DNA of 31,287 nucleotides from a virus (lineage: Duplodnaviria > Caudoviricetes). The notes beneath the pieces were generated by a model. It made no database searches. It was not told the origin of the DNA and saw only the letters and a program-made list of their open reading frames with translations. Below are positions 9,401 to 17,284 of this stretch, piece by piece. Position 1 is the stretch's first letter; the number at the start of each line of letters is the position of its first letter. Both the position numbers and the translations under genes were made by a program. The stretch is from the IMG/VR virus record IMGVR_UViG_3300037634_004407, positions 1-31,287 of that record, one strand, 5' to 3'.

Positions 9401-12400
9401 CCATGGCTGCAGCTAACTGCCCTTTCCCTTCGTCAGGTAAAGCAGCCCACGCAGCGGAGCGACCTATCTCCTCGTTCAAGATAGACGCAAGTATGTGCTG
9501 CCTACGCATAGGATCGATCTCATTTGCAGGCACTACTTGCGCCAGTTTAACTGCGGCTCTCCTTGGGTTAAATATTACCGCGCCATTTTCGGGATCGACT
9601 TGTGCTACAACATCAATCGTCTCGTCTATGAGTAGGTTAAGTTCAGACGGCAGGTAATCCCGTGCCCATAAAATATGTTCTGCTGCCTCCTCGTTGAGTG
9701 CGTTGTTTGCTTCAGCGTCCCCAGCCAGACCCATGTCCGCAGCCATTTGCGCCAAGCCAACCTGTGCATCGTTCACACTCTCTGCAACCTGATCCCTGAA
9801 CCCTGCTGCTGTGGCAGGCTCCGGCATCCCCTTACGCTTGGTAAGATTTAACGCATCCGCTATGGCTTGGTTAGTTTGGTTGCGGTCCTTCGGGGAGAGT
9901 CCCAGCAGTTTACCGATGGCCTCAAGCACACGCTTCAAAAAACTTCTGCTTTCAGAGGGATACGGATGCCTTGCGTTGTCGATTGGGACACGGTCTACAA
10001 ATGCCTGAAACTGGGGTGAGGTTAGTATATAAGTTATAAACTCGTGGGTATTTGATAACCCTGCTTTCGCCAGTTTTGATGGTGCTTGTCGTGGGCTGCG
10101 CCCCCTCACCTGTTTTTGGATGAGCTTACGGAGACTCTCAAGTCTGCGTATAGCTTGGTTCTGTTCTGAGGTTCTACTCTCCGGTGAGGCATCGACAATA
10201 GAACTAGTGAAAGCATGGATACACTCATGCACTAGAGTATCCGCTATTCCCCTGCCTCCCGCTCTCCACGGGTTAATGACAATAGTTGGTTTACCAGATT
10301 GATCGTAGAAGAAACCCCCAGCCCATTCACCGTTATTAGGATCAATAAAAAATTGAGTATTTCTAAGGAGCCCCTTATTGCGGAGGAGGATCTTAGCTAC
10401 TATCGCGAGTGTTTTGTTTTTGCCATTGGCAATTTTTTCCAGCGCGGTGACGATGGTCTCGGAATCTCCATCCTCTAACCCGAGAGCTTCCATCTCTGCC
10501 GCGTTACTACGCGCTATCCTTTCTCTCGATCTTCGATCAAAAGCTGATCGCTGTTTGAGCAGGGCAACAGCCCCCTTCATTTGTTTATAAAAATCTACGG
10601 CATCATCAACCCCTATGGTTTCGTCTGGGTGGAACCCTTGGAGTTCTTCCATGAGGAGGTTGGCGAACTCTGCATTAGCAGTGGGGGGCTTATCCACCGA
10701 AGGGGAAATCAAGCCGATAAGCAGGAGAGCCTTATGAACCGCTGCGCTTTCTGCATACACCCCAGCCTTTAGCTCCGATTGAAATTGTAGCGCCGACTTG
10801 TTTGTTATGTTCGCTCCCGAAGCGAGGAAGTGGATCAGCTCATCAAAAGTTTTCTCATTAGATACCTCTGGGGGCTGTTGTCCGTGGTGAACCTCGGTGT
10901 TGAGTAACCGACTAACCGCCTTACGGAGGGGAGCGTCCTTCTCAAGTGCAGCAATGACTGTCTCAAATTGGTTATCTAAAAATCCTTTCAGTTGGTTTTC
11001 AGGTATCGGCGGGAGCGGCTTCTCTCTCGGGGGGACGAAATTATCCTCTGCATTATCCTTGGCATCAAAGGCAGGGTCGTCCTGTATGTCCGTGTCAGGA
11101 GTGAGCATACTCACAAGATCCCTTGTTGCCCTCTTGGATCTTTCCGATTGTTGTTCTGCGAAGAAGCGTCCTTGCGTCTGCCTTACGTCAGTTACATAGA
11201 AGGGGAGCTGGTCAACCTCCTCCCCACTTTCTAATCTCTTAGCGTATTCATAAATCTTCGCCTGCATTTCGAGGCTCATCGCAACCGCTGTTGCTTCTGT
11301 GAAATCTTTATTGAGGTTCAGCGCATCATCATTGGTGATAATCCCCCTCATCATGGGGAGATCTTTCACAACCTTCAACAAGTGGGGGAGGGAAACTCTT
11401 CTCTTCGGATTGAAAGGGTTCTTAACTTTCGCTTCCGTAGTGAGGGTGGTGGTAGAACGGGCCTGATGGAGGCGAGTGATTAAACTTTTAATTACAGAGT
11501 AATCTGCCTCGTGATTCCCGACCCTGTTAAATGCAGTTTTCGCTGAGAGCAAGCCACCTGATACGGGCAGCATGATATCATCCACATAGGTCTGGTCCCC
11601 TATTGTTTTAAACTTGAAGGCTTTATTAACTTGAGGGTTGGAAACCATGTCCTCCTCAACGGGAATGGCGATGTTATTCTCCAAGAGGGTAAGCATCCCT
11701 ATGGGGTCATTATTAAAAACCCCTTCTCCTCTGGAATTCAAATACACATTCCCCGCAGCAGCAAATGTCTTGGGGATTTTTGCTCCCCCCTTGGGCATTG
11801 CTCTTTTTATAACGGGGTATTTAGCCCTGATCATAGCAGCCAACTTTTGAGTCACCTGCTTCAAGTAGGATTTACTTGTGTTGGATATACTTATGCCGAG
11901 CTGCTCAAGCTGTGATGCGAGGATTGTGACGGGGAAGCCGTGCTCCGCCAGATCCTCCAAAGAAGATATGTCTTCATCTCCAATAGGCTGCGTGGTTGAG
12001 TCCTGAAGTTGTTCTTCTTTGAAAAGCTTTTCAACTACCCTCCGTTCGTGCGCCGCCTTCTCAGGAGATAACACACGGGAACTATTTTCCGCTTCGACCA
12101 ACTCGTTAATCCCCCGCGTTAAGCGGTCACCTTCAGGAAGTTGTTGCAGCTCGTTGTTCCGTTCTTTCCAGAGAGCTTCTTTCCTATCTATATCCGATAA
12201 GGCGAACTTATATTTCTGCTCAGGGGTATGAACCACCGTTTTCGAGGGGTCGGGGTTACTAACAGCAACCTGTCCCGAGGTTGATTCCCCCTCGGAATCC
12301 TTCAGGATCTGTTGCACCGCTTCGCTAGAAGCTACCTCGGGGTCAATAGCTTTGGTTTTCTCGCGGGAACTCCCTTGGTTTGCTACCTCCTGATCTACCT

Positions 12401-15400
12401 TCTCTGATGTTAGGTTGCTGCCTAGTTCTAGTTCAAGTTGTTCAGCCGCCGCTGTGACCTCGGGGGTAGACTCGATCGAAGGTGCTTCGGACGAACCTGA
12501 ACCTGAACTCTCTCCCGACTCCGAATCCTCTTCATCCTCCGTTGGTTCGTATTTATCTAAAATTGTTTCTACCTCTGCACTGGTTTCGGGGGCGGTCTCT
12601 TTAAGTTTCTTGAGCCGCGCTGACAATTTTTTATCCTTCGCCACCCTTGAGGTGTATTCTTTTCGGATCTGTTCTTGGAACGAAACAGCATCGCTCTGAT
12701 TGAACAGCATCTTATTGGGGGTTATGTTCCTAGCTGTAGCCCCAGCAAGAGGAGCCCCCGCGCCCATGATCCCGCCGATCAGCGCAGCGTGGAATGCCTG
12801 TTCTACACGTTCTCTAAAAGAAGTGGTTTCATTTGCCCACGCATCCTGCACAAACCCGTTTACAAATTCATCCAACCCCTCCTCAAACCCCTCACCAACT
12901 ACAGACCTACCAAGCTGTGCAGCGAAGCGACCGTAGTTCTTCCGCATTACTGACTTGATGCTATCCTTTAAAACTTTTTGGAATGGCTCATCAGCAATTT
13001 GTCTCCCGATAATATTTTGGGAAACCGCTTTCAGTTGCCTGTAACTGAGACCTTTCAAGTAGGCCGTCTCCAATCCCCCAAACTTTCCTCCCCCGATTGT
13101 CCCGAGACCAGCGGTAATAATCCCCGTGATAGTCCCCCCCACTAATCCGGCCCCGAAGCCTGCTTTGTGGGATTCCTCGCGAACACGTTCTGCATCCCAG
13201 CCCTCGTGCCAATTGCCTTTGGGATCTGTATGCATGGCAGTAAGCTTATCTTGGGTGGTTCTGAATACAGCACCGTAACTATTAATCCCAGACCTAGTAG
13301 CTGCGGGGACAAACTGCGCCGCACCGATACCTAAAGTTTTTCCTAGCTTACCATTGTATGCTTTTACCGCAGCCAATGTAGTTTCTTTGCTTACACCTTT
13401 TAGTGTCTGTGCTTTTAGTAGTCTGTCCGCAACCTCCTCTGTGCTTTCTTTGATTAATTTACCCGCTGCGTCTCTCGTTACTTTCTTCTTTAAAGCTCCC
13501 CTCGCTGCGGCAGAAAGGACGGATCTCGCTGCGGCTGTCGCAGAAGCCTTCGCACTAAAATAGGTGGCTGTTACTGCAGCGGATGAGCCCCCAGAAGGAA
13601 CAGTTAACAGGGCGGCTCCGACAGTGATGACTGCATCGACTGCCATGGGGGCAACTTGTTCGCTAATCTCTTGCCCGAGACCCATCTCTATCCCCCAGAT
13701 CCCCGCCATCTGTCGGTTGTGGGCTACCGATTCCGCATTACTAATAAGTCCTTCCTGTCCCCACCTCTTTATTGCGTCATCAACAGGTCTCCCTTTTACC
13801 AACGAATCGATGCTGAGGCCAATTGGCCCAGTCAAGAAACTACCCCCTATAACCGCACCCCCGTAATATAGAGTGGAGAAAGCGTGACCAACAGATGTCC
13901 AGAATCCCTTCGACTTAAAACTTACATCATCGTTTTTTCTGATAAAACTTTCGAGGATCTGGGTGTTGGTTAAACCTATTTGTGTTCCCTCGACAACTGC
14001 CTCCTGCCATTTCTCTCCCCATGTTCCGTCTTCGGATAAAGTGTCATTGTAAACATCCCACTCTTGCGCGACGACTAATTGCCGCCGCACATCTTCGGCC
14101 TCTATCTCGGCCTCAGAAAACCCTGCTTGGGTTAATGCTTTCCTAAAAAGTTCAGGCTTGAGTTGCAACTCACGTTGGACGAGAGCCCCGCTATATCTAG
14201 TTCTGATTACACCCTGTGCTAAATCCTCTTCTTCATCTGAATAAAGGAGGGAAGGTTCAAAATCTTCCCCGTCCCCATGCATCGCAAGTTTCATGGATAT
14301 GTCGTGCACAACATCACCAAGCACCTCTTCGCTTAGTCCGGTCTCGTCAACCAGCCTGCGTATTAATTTGATTCGGGTTTCTTCTACATCATCTGCCGCG
14401 TCCTCAATTCTCTTCTCGTGTTCCAGCCTGTCCTCCGTTTCCGTCCACTCCTTATCATCGCCCGTCAGCGCGTCCCACGACATGCCGACGAATGTTCCGA
14501 CCGCACCAAAGACACCCCCCACGTTTTTATACGCTTTGTCCCCCCATTCGTAAGATGTTCTTACTCCAAACTCTTGAGCTATCCCTTGGATCTGGGCACG
14601 CATTATTCTGCCAGCCTTACTTTTCTCCTCCAAGGCACTTAAAACGTCTGCCTCTGCATCCGATCGGGCTTCAAGTTCATAATACATCAGGGGATTATCC
14701 TTGGTCCCCGTGAAAGGTATAATGGTTCTCTTGCGCTGGAGTTCAAACAAATGGCGTGGGCGGATACCGTATTGAGCGGACGTTCTAATAACATCTTCAG
14801 GGGTTAGTCCTTCGGGAATTGGCCCCACGAGCACCTGCTCCTCTCCTTCTTCGTCTATGTAAGCAGCGGCAGGGATTTCCCCCCTCTCGAAAAGCGTAGT
14901 GTAACGCTCCTCTTTCCTGTTTCGGATAGCTTCATCCAACCCGACGTAGTCGTAGTCTTCAAGGATGTGAGTGTTATCATCAGCAGTCCCATCTTGCCCA
15001 TCGTCCCCAGCCCTTAAATCCGCCAGCCCTACATAAGCACTTATAACTTTCAGGTCTTCTAACCCTTCCAGCGACCCTGTCTTAGCAAGTGTGTCCTCTT
15101 CAAAAGCCGTATCACCAAGGATGCCTTTAGCCTCTTCATAATGTGTGAGCGTATGGAGGGAACCTAACTTTGCATTTACCTCATCTACGTTCTCCGCTGT
15201 GAGTAGGTTTTTCTTGTTTAGTACTTGTTGGAGTTTGAATTGAAGTGTCCTCTCAACCTGAGGTGTGTATTGCCCCGCGCTTAAATAGGACTCCCTCAGA
15301 AAATCCACATAGCGTCCGTAACTTTCGACAGGATCTTCATAAACATTATCGAGGGACCATTCAGAAAAGGGAGTCTCAACAAGAGAGGGGGCGGATAAAG

Positions 15401-15425
15401 GAGCTGGTTTGCTTGGGTCTGACAT
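3462..15425 (-). CDS. giant (3987 aa) putative internal virion/ejection 'polyvalent' protein with zincin peptidase, SAM methyltransferase and HhH-glycosylase-like domains
   Basis: An uninterrupted 11.96-kb ORF. It has Gly/Ala-rich hydrophobic helices in aa ~500-920, LVHECIHAF (aa ~1733) plus a downstream HEF, DIGGG...NNVLNVI (aa ~2211-2270), ALSPQKDW...HKLRNF...TIDTH (aa ~2500-2690), and a helical C-terminus with PFVRF. It is the last of three genes following terL. Confidence 0.8.
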   Translation of the reverse strand: MSDPSKPAPLSAPSLVETPFSEWSLDNVYEDPVESYGRYVDFLRESYLSAGQYTPQVERTLQFKLQQVLNKKNLLTAENVDEVNAKLGSLHTLTHYEEAKGILGDTAFEEDTLAKTGSLEGLEDLKVISAYVGLADLRAGDDGQDGTADDNTHILEDYDYVGLDEAIRNRKEERYTTLFERGEIPAAAYIDEEGEEQVLVGPIPEGLTPEDVIRTSAQYGIRPRHLFELQRKRTIIPFTGTKDNPLMYYELEARSDAEADVLSALEEKSKAGRIMRAQIQGIAQEFGVRTSYEWGDKAYKNVGGVFGAVGTFVGMSWDALTGDDKEWTETEDRLEHEKRIEDAADDVEETRIKLIRRLVDETGLSEEVLGDVVHDISMKLAMHGDGEDFEPSLLYSDEEEDLAQGVIRTRYSGALVQRELQLKPELFRKALTQAGFSEAEIEAEDVRRQLVVAQEWDVYNDTLSEDGTWGEKWQEAVVEGTQIGLTNTQILESFIRKNDDVSFKSKGFWTSVGHAFSTLYYGGAVIGGSFLTGPIGLSIDSLVKGRPVDDAIKRWGQEGLISNAESVAHNRQMAGIWGIEMGLGQEISEQVAPMAVDAVITVGAALLTVPSGGSSAAVTATYFSAKASATAAARSVLSAAARGALKKKVTRDAAGKLIKESTEEVADRLLKAQTLKGVSKETTLAAVKAYNGKLGKTLGIGAAQFVPAATRSGINSYGAVFRTTQDKLTAMHTDPKGNWHEGWDAERVREESHKAGFGAGLVGGTITGIITAGLGTIGGGKFGGLETAYLKGLSYRQLKAVSQNIIGRQIADEPFQKVLKDSIKSVMRKNYGRFAAQLGRSVVGEGFEEGLDEFVNGFVQDAWANETTSFRERVEQAFHAALIGGIMGAGAPLAGATARNITPNKMLFNQSDAVSFQEQIRKEYTSRVAKDKKLSARLKKLKETAPETSAEVETILDKYEPTEDEEDSESGESSGSGSSEAPSIESTPEVTAAAEQLELELGSNLTSEKVDQEVANQGSSREKTKAIDPEVASSEAVQQILKDSEGESTSGQVAVSNPDPSKTVVHTPEQKYKFALSDIDRKEALWKERNNELQQLPEGDRLTRGINELVEAENSSRVLSPEKAAHERRVVEKLFKEEQLQDSTTQPIGDEDISSLEDLAEHGFPVTILASQLEQLGISISNTSKSYLKQVTQKLAAMIRAKYPVIKRAMPKGGAKIPKTFAAAGNVYLNSRGEGVFNNDPIGMLTLLENNIAIPVEEDMVSNPQVNKAFKFKTIGDQTYVDDIMLPVSGGLLSAKTAFNRVGNHEADYSVIKSLITRLHQARSTTTLTTEAKVKNPFNPKRRVSLPHLLKVVKDLPMMRGIITNDDALNLNKDFTEATAVAMSLEMQAKIYEYAKRLESGEEVDQLPFYVTDVRQTQGRFFAEQQSERSKRATRDLVSMLTPDTDIQDDPAFDAKDNAEDNFVPPREKPLPPIPENQLKGFLDNQFETVIAALEKDAPLRKAVSRLLNTEVHHGQQPPEVSNEKTFDELIHFLASGANITNKSALQFQSELKAGVYAESAAVHKALLLIGLISPSVDKPPTANAEFANLLMEELQGFHPDETIGVDDAVDFYKQMKGAVALLKQRSAFDRRSRERIARSNAAEMEALGLEDGDSETIVTALEKIANGKNKTLAIVAKILLRNKGLLRNTQFFIDPNNGEWAGGFFYDQSGKPTIVINPWRAGGRGIADTLVHECIHAFTSSIVDASPESRTSEQNQAIRRLESLRKLIQKQVRGRSPRQAPSKLAKAGLSNTHEFITYILTSPQFQAFVDRVPIDNARHPYPSESRSFLKRVLEAIGKLLGLSPKDRNQTNQAIADALNLTKRKGMPEPATAAGFRDQVAESVNDAQVGLAQMAADMGLAGDAEANNALNEEAAEHILWARDYLPSELNLLIDETIDVVAQVDPENGAVIFNPRRAAVKLAQVVPANEIDPMRRQHILASILNEEIGRSAAWAALPDEGKGQLAAAMDMETADGVIEEHYPQDEQAAAKERLRSEDPDVATKERFTLAAKQLSIHAGKVLRGGNINEQINFLLENPNLFGTVKQYFKTLLTKIAYHKTAKDISPEMRNAVNHVVRELRALEASYRPAPASMAHNPRNPQEVIDQLVKQAMSSTSLVPPRVEKSDALWEPPIDQEFTAEDTSINEKKPPATFGSLAKKGVVQFFAGGINADIGGGRFDNGTDLLLKDYGATNLIFDHWNREPDHNAEVAETIRDGGADTATVNNVLNVIQEKHIRAQVIQQAANAIGDDGTAYFLIHEGTKANRGVGKETSKGWQNNQKAEYYRSELEAVFGKVERKEGNLFIASEPRVPTLGMEVTPELFDLGNRNDLRVGTANLGTKTKPKETPATSNIGATLWEDNPDPKAAAEIIKKVEEQVAQIAASTNLDSPRARYILPKSFSKLRNPLKKVAALRDFMSDNLVALYNAVDPDIRARSKRWYQGTNRIAHGLAKKYNISAQQVAGVMAALSPQKDWFLNLAQAEQVLEVTQNYRDYVLDNDEYNEVVERTIQLAEAPAARKKGKSPAQKAKLDKEAQDRRAKIFKGLKGKTFAELETAEDKGWAVRLIAETVFGNGVTNVSPEGEPNGPYLKDNGEPYKNGWGSAAETAKAISIVEDGSLENISDSLGGYHKLRNFYNNIISPNGDNGDVTIDTHAVAAVFLMPYSQKSGPVSHNFSGGIPNSPANGLQGTFHMYADAYRQAAEQLGIPVYQLQSITWEAIRAIYPDSTRKDLKFVEEREKIWNENEPAQARKIILGGGGIPAPLWHGTPASGTLERAEAAIGSPAQRKAIAGRGLLFAGREADSGVTDLGVPSPSNFLMQQAADADPEWGDPSAIPDELNVEGQSFEPWIEMLEVPLMDFDKWDITSDTGAWGTTKRWFIKNFARRADRRVVEFFDENKAFVRESKKIVKILQNKHDRTIKEFERNNDGRGIPPELISIASGSNMGSTLTDEQEATVENNFNARRAKANKSKDNAEKASLLDDAEAGKLEDIKKFREKNRQAAIAVRDSALADLLLVSPEMHNIVLELRKLTDELSKMGMELFSGETVSEDFVIAFDHNGGIYITRRFRMFEDNEFAGAILDESDPTYQKERDDAMAYFTRRHRAKRVAEVMAADGMGKVDATKKVDEEIAAQDSKGDSIGRQMMRGFILAYQRGKVRHEITTAERADGSHGLIIDEAKFPEGPLKAVVSTLNKKKDLPAPIRALLGEYGHENGLDNLSHTFIHTASVMANQSLFHKLHELGTKSKEPWLITKKQFESDPEKYGDWKLIESDKGDLDFSPLKGMFVPPQVFANLQDLTYQEGKEAAARADMNERETALQKIGGWLRLGTGYSMALKTLGSTGFYPRNMGGNAFWFGPQTGFYGSIPAMFKEVGGVGGKLLGIDSQMAEDSRIVRAARGSKADLEAELVPLATLNVFGDELEVRLIQNLLTEKTTFEDLNKDATEAGLIGEELEKARKKGIKTIAPELLARMKALGIEGGKTVKSGLDGSLQYLGGIASACDAYHKIGLYQFELKWLIKAAQHDLDNPEVGAKGRYGRLLKADGTPTTAMKTMAAQKTKNTSQSYSKALPLIKRFTASNLSVMGAPFVRFAADIPRTMVQNGMLIYKERNDPNPVIKARGNKRFRGALGTHGITMALPYMLKAMFGIGDDEEEALRQGLPFYSKNNTFLYYKTETGLWRLDLTYLNPFAIVQAPFARMFEHIVRGEPIEGVAQLGQLLEPYLSQQILASAVWQTALNEDDFGNRISLKGEGIPSATFKRMFHFMETGFFPRTLSKLIEADTALRGDGDESPLGLLVADALPVKPRKVDPTSEMNRFLKTHTEEYRETTAAMRKILSGMGAGGGKGMTDGQMKRLYNRFARARISANHELIDTMRGFEGLGIPRAERHAAAKSHGVSKERLKLTEVGYMNRPMLTKPMKDILNKTSEGRRRIRLLEEHASELYPDLQIKLGH

Positions 15426-15458
15426 AGCAGAAGCAGTTATGTTTTTTTAAATTGTGTT

Positions 15459-16445
15459 TTAGTCAATTGATCCGCCGACTGCGGAGAGTGCCGCATCCCT
15501 CTCCTCTTCCATGTCTTTGAACAGCTTTTGCCGGTAGTCATAAATTTGTTTTTTTATCTGGGAGGGGGTGCCCTTTAGGGCCGTGCCGTCGGGTAGCTTA
15601 TACTTGTTGAGTTCGTTCAGCATTCCTAGCTTCTTCTCCGGCTCCTCTTCAGCCGCCATCTCTTTAGCGGCCTCATCCACGATCTCTTTTAAGTCGTCGA
15701 GGACTGCGTTAGCTCTTTTGTTTTTCGCGTCCAGAGAGGCTGAGATAGCAGACTTTTCTGCAGCAGTCTTCGCCTCAGTTGCCTCAGTCTCCGCTGTTTC
15801 ATGCTCATCAAACCGTTGTTGGAGGGCGGCGGCGAGAGGCTTATCCTTCTGGCTCAACTCGCCATCATCATCTCTCATCGTTTCTATCAGATTATCAACA
15901 TCCTCCTGATCCTTAGGCTTGTATGTTCTGCTATTAAGAAGATTGGCTATTGTCCCATGAGGATCTTTCGCTTGTTCTGCCGCGAGTTTCTTATCTTTCT
16001 TCGCAACCTTCGCTTGCTTCTCACCGAGTTTCGCAGAGTTGAAATCCTTCAAAGCATTGTAACTCCCCACCAATGCTGGGTTATTATCGAGAGTCTTCGC
16101 ATTATCAACTGCCCAAAGGCTTAATTCTTGTGCCCTTTCATGGGGGGTAAGGTCGTCATGGGCTATCTCTGTAAGACCCGCTGTTGCAGCCTTTGCCTTC
16201 TCATCAAACTTCCGCTTCTTCCTCAGATCCTTCTTCTTTTGTTTTAGCTCAAACATCCCCGCCCTGTGAGCAAAATCAGAATTCCTCTGTTGGGTGAGAT
16301 GGTTATTCAACTTCATCATCAAGTCCAACTGGGGGGCCAAGCGTGCGTCCTCCCGTTCCCCTAGGAACTTTGCCTCTGAAGAAGATAGCCCAAAGGTGTT
16401 TCTTTCGGGAGCTATGTCCCTATCAAAATCAAGCGGATCTGGCAT
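15459..16445 (-). CDS. charged alpha-helical/coiled-coil protein, putative internal virion protein
   Basis: 328 aa, rich in K/E/A/L, directly upstream of the giant gene on the same strand. Confidence 0.6.
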   Translation of the reverse strand: MPDPLDFDRDIAPERNTFGLSSSEAKFLGEREDARLAPQLDLMMKLNNHLTQQRNSDFAHRAGMFELKQKKKDLRKKRKFDEKAKAATAGLTEIAHDDLTPHERAQELSLWAVDNAKTLDNNPALVGSYNALKDFNSAKLGEKQAKVAKKDKKLAAEQAKDPHGTIANLLNSRTYKPKDQEDVDNLIETMRDDDGELSQKDKPLAAALQQRFDEHETAETEATEAKTAAEKSAISASLDAKNKRANAVLDDLKEIVDEAAKEMAAEEEPEKKLGMLNELNKYKLPDGTALKGTPSQIKKQIYDYRQKLFKDMEEERDAALSAVGGSID

Positions 16446-16456
16446 GGCTATAATAC

Positions 16457-17248
16457 TTATCTGTTGAGTTTCTTGCGGAGCTTCTGTTCAGCTTGCTGCA
16501 TCATACGCAGTCCCAATTTCCTATTAACCTCCCGCGCTTCGCCGACGCGCTGTTGTTCTATCTCACTCTGTCTCCTGAATGCGGGGGTGGATATAGCTGG
16601 GGCATTGCTTTCGGGAGAGTCCGCCCAATTAGCGGCGACTCTTTCCGCAGCCCTTGTGAATCCTTTTTTCCTAAGCATCTCAGCTTTCCTCAGTTCGCTG
16701 CGGCGCGAGTGCAGCTTCCGCGTCTTCCCTAGGCCGCTGACCTTGTCGTGCTCGGCATACCAAGCTTCATAATCAGCATCACTTTTTTCCTTCTCTTCCT
16801 GTCTCCCCTGCAATGACGCTCGCTCTTCATCCAATTCTCTGTCGAGGGACTCCTCATCGATCCCCAGTTTCTCCATACCAAAAAGCTTTAGCTTTTCCTC
16901 GGCCTCTTCGGGGTTGTCAATTTTACCCGCCTCAACGTCCCTGTAAAATTTACCCATCTTCCTCCTATATTTTCTCCTCGCACCGATTACTTCACTCGCG
17001 CTGGCATTATCCACCCCGCTTTCACCTCCCAGCATACTTAAAAGACTCTGTTGGTAATGACCCTTCTTAAAACCCTTGAGCCTTTTCTCTGTTTCTGCTT
17101 GGTCGCCAAGTGCAACCTTCTTACCAAAAACCGTGCTGATAGCTTGACCGCCGCCTTCCACAACACCCCCACCAAACTGCCTTACTTTGTTATAAATATC
17201 CGTCCATGCCGAATCCGTTATATATCCTTTTGGTGTGTAGCCCGCCAT
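16457..17248 (-). CDS. charged helical protein, putative internal virion protein
   Basis: 263 aa with a Gly-rich N-terminal segment and a K/R/E-rich helical body. It has its own promoter and lies 11 nt from the next gene. Confidence 0.6.
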   Translation of the reverse strand: MAGYTPKGYITDSAWTDIYNKVRQFGGGVVEGGGQAISTVFGKKVALGDQAETEKRLKGFKKGHYQQSLLSMLGGESGVDNASASEVIGARRKYRRKMGKFYRDVEAGKIDNPEEAEEKLKLFGMEKLGIDEESLDRELDEERASLQGRQEEKEKSDADYEAWYAEHDKVSGLGKTRKLHSRRSELRKAEMLRKKGFTRAAERVAANWADSPESNAPAISTPAFRRQSEIEQQRVGEAREVNRKLGLRMMQQAEQKLRKKLNR

Positions 17249-17284
17249 AGCTTAAAATATACGGGTTGTCGGGGCAAAAGTCAA
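17249..17284 (-). promoter_or_regulatory. sigma70-type promoter, probably giving a leaderless mRNA
   Basis: Minus strand TTGACT (17284-17279), 17 nt, TATATT (17261-17256), 7 nt, ATG (17248). Confidence 0.65.

Noticed and set aside
3462-15425. Giant protein as a virion RNA polymerase (N4- or crAss-like)
   Set aside because: The size fits, but I found no DxDxD/DFDID or T7-like polymerase motifs. An HMM or structure search would be needed to exclude it fully.
3507-15427. Many plus-strand ORFs (e.g. 6139-6960, 273 aa) opposite the giant gene
   Set aside because: Ser/Leu/Phe-rich antisense shadows of a charged protein, with no motifs or start context.
15426-15466. Promoter directly upstream of the giant gene (TTGACT on the minus strand)
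   Set aside because: No acceptable -10 box at 16-18 nt. The region is more likely an A-rich translation leader.
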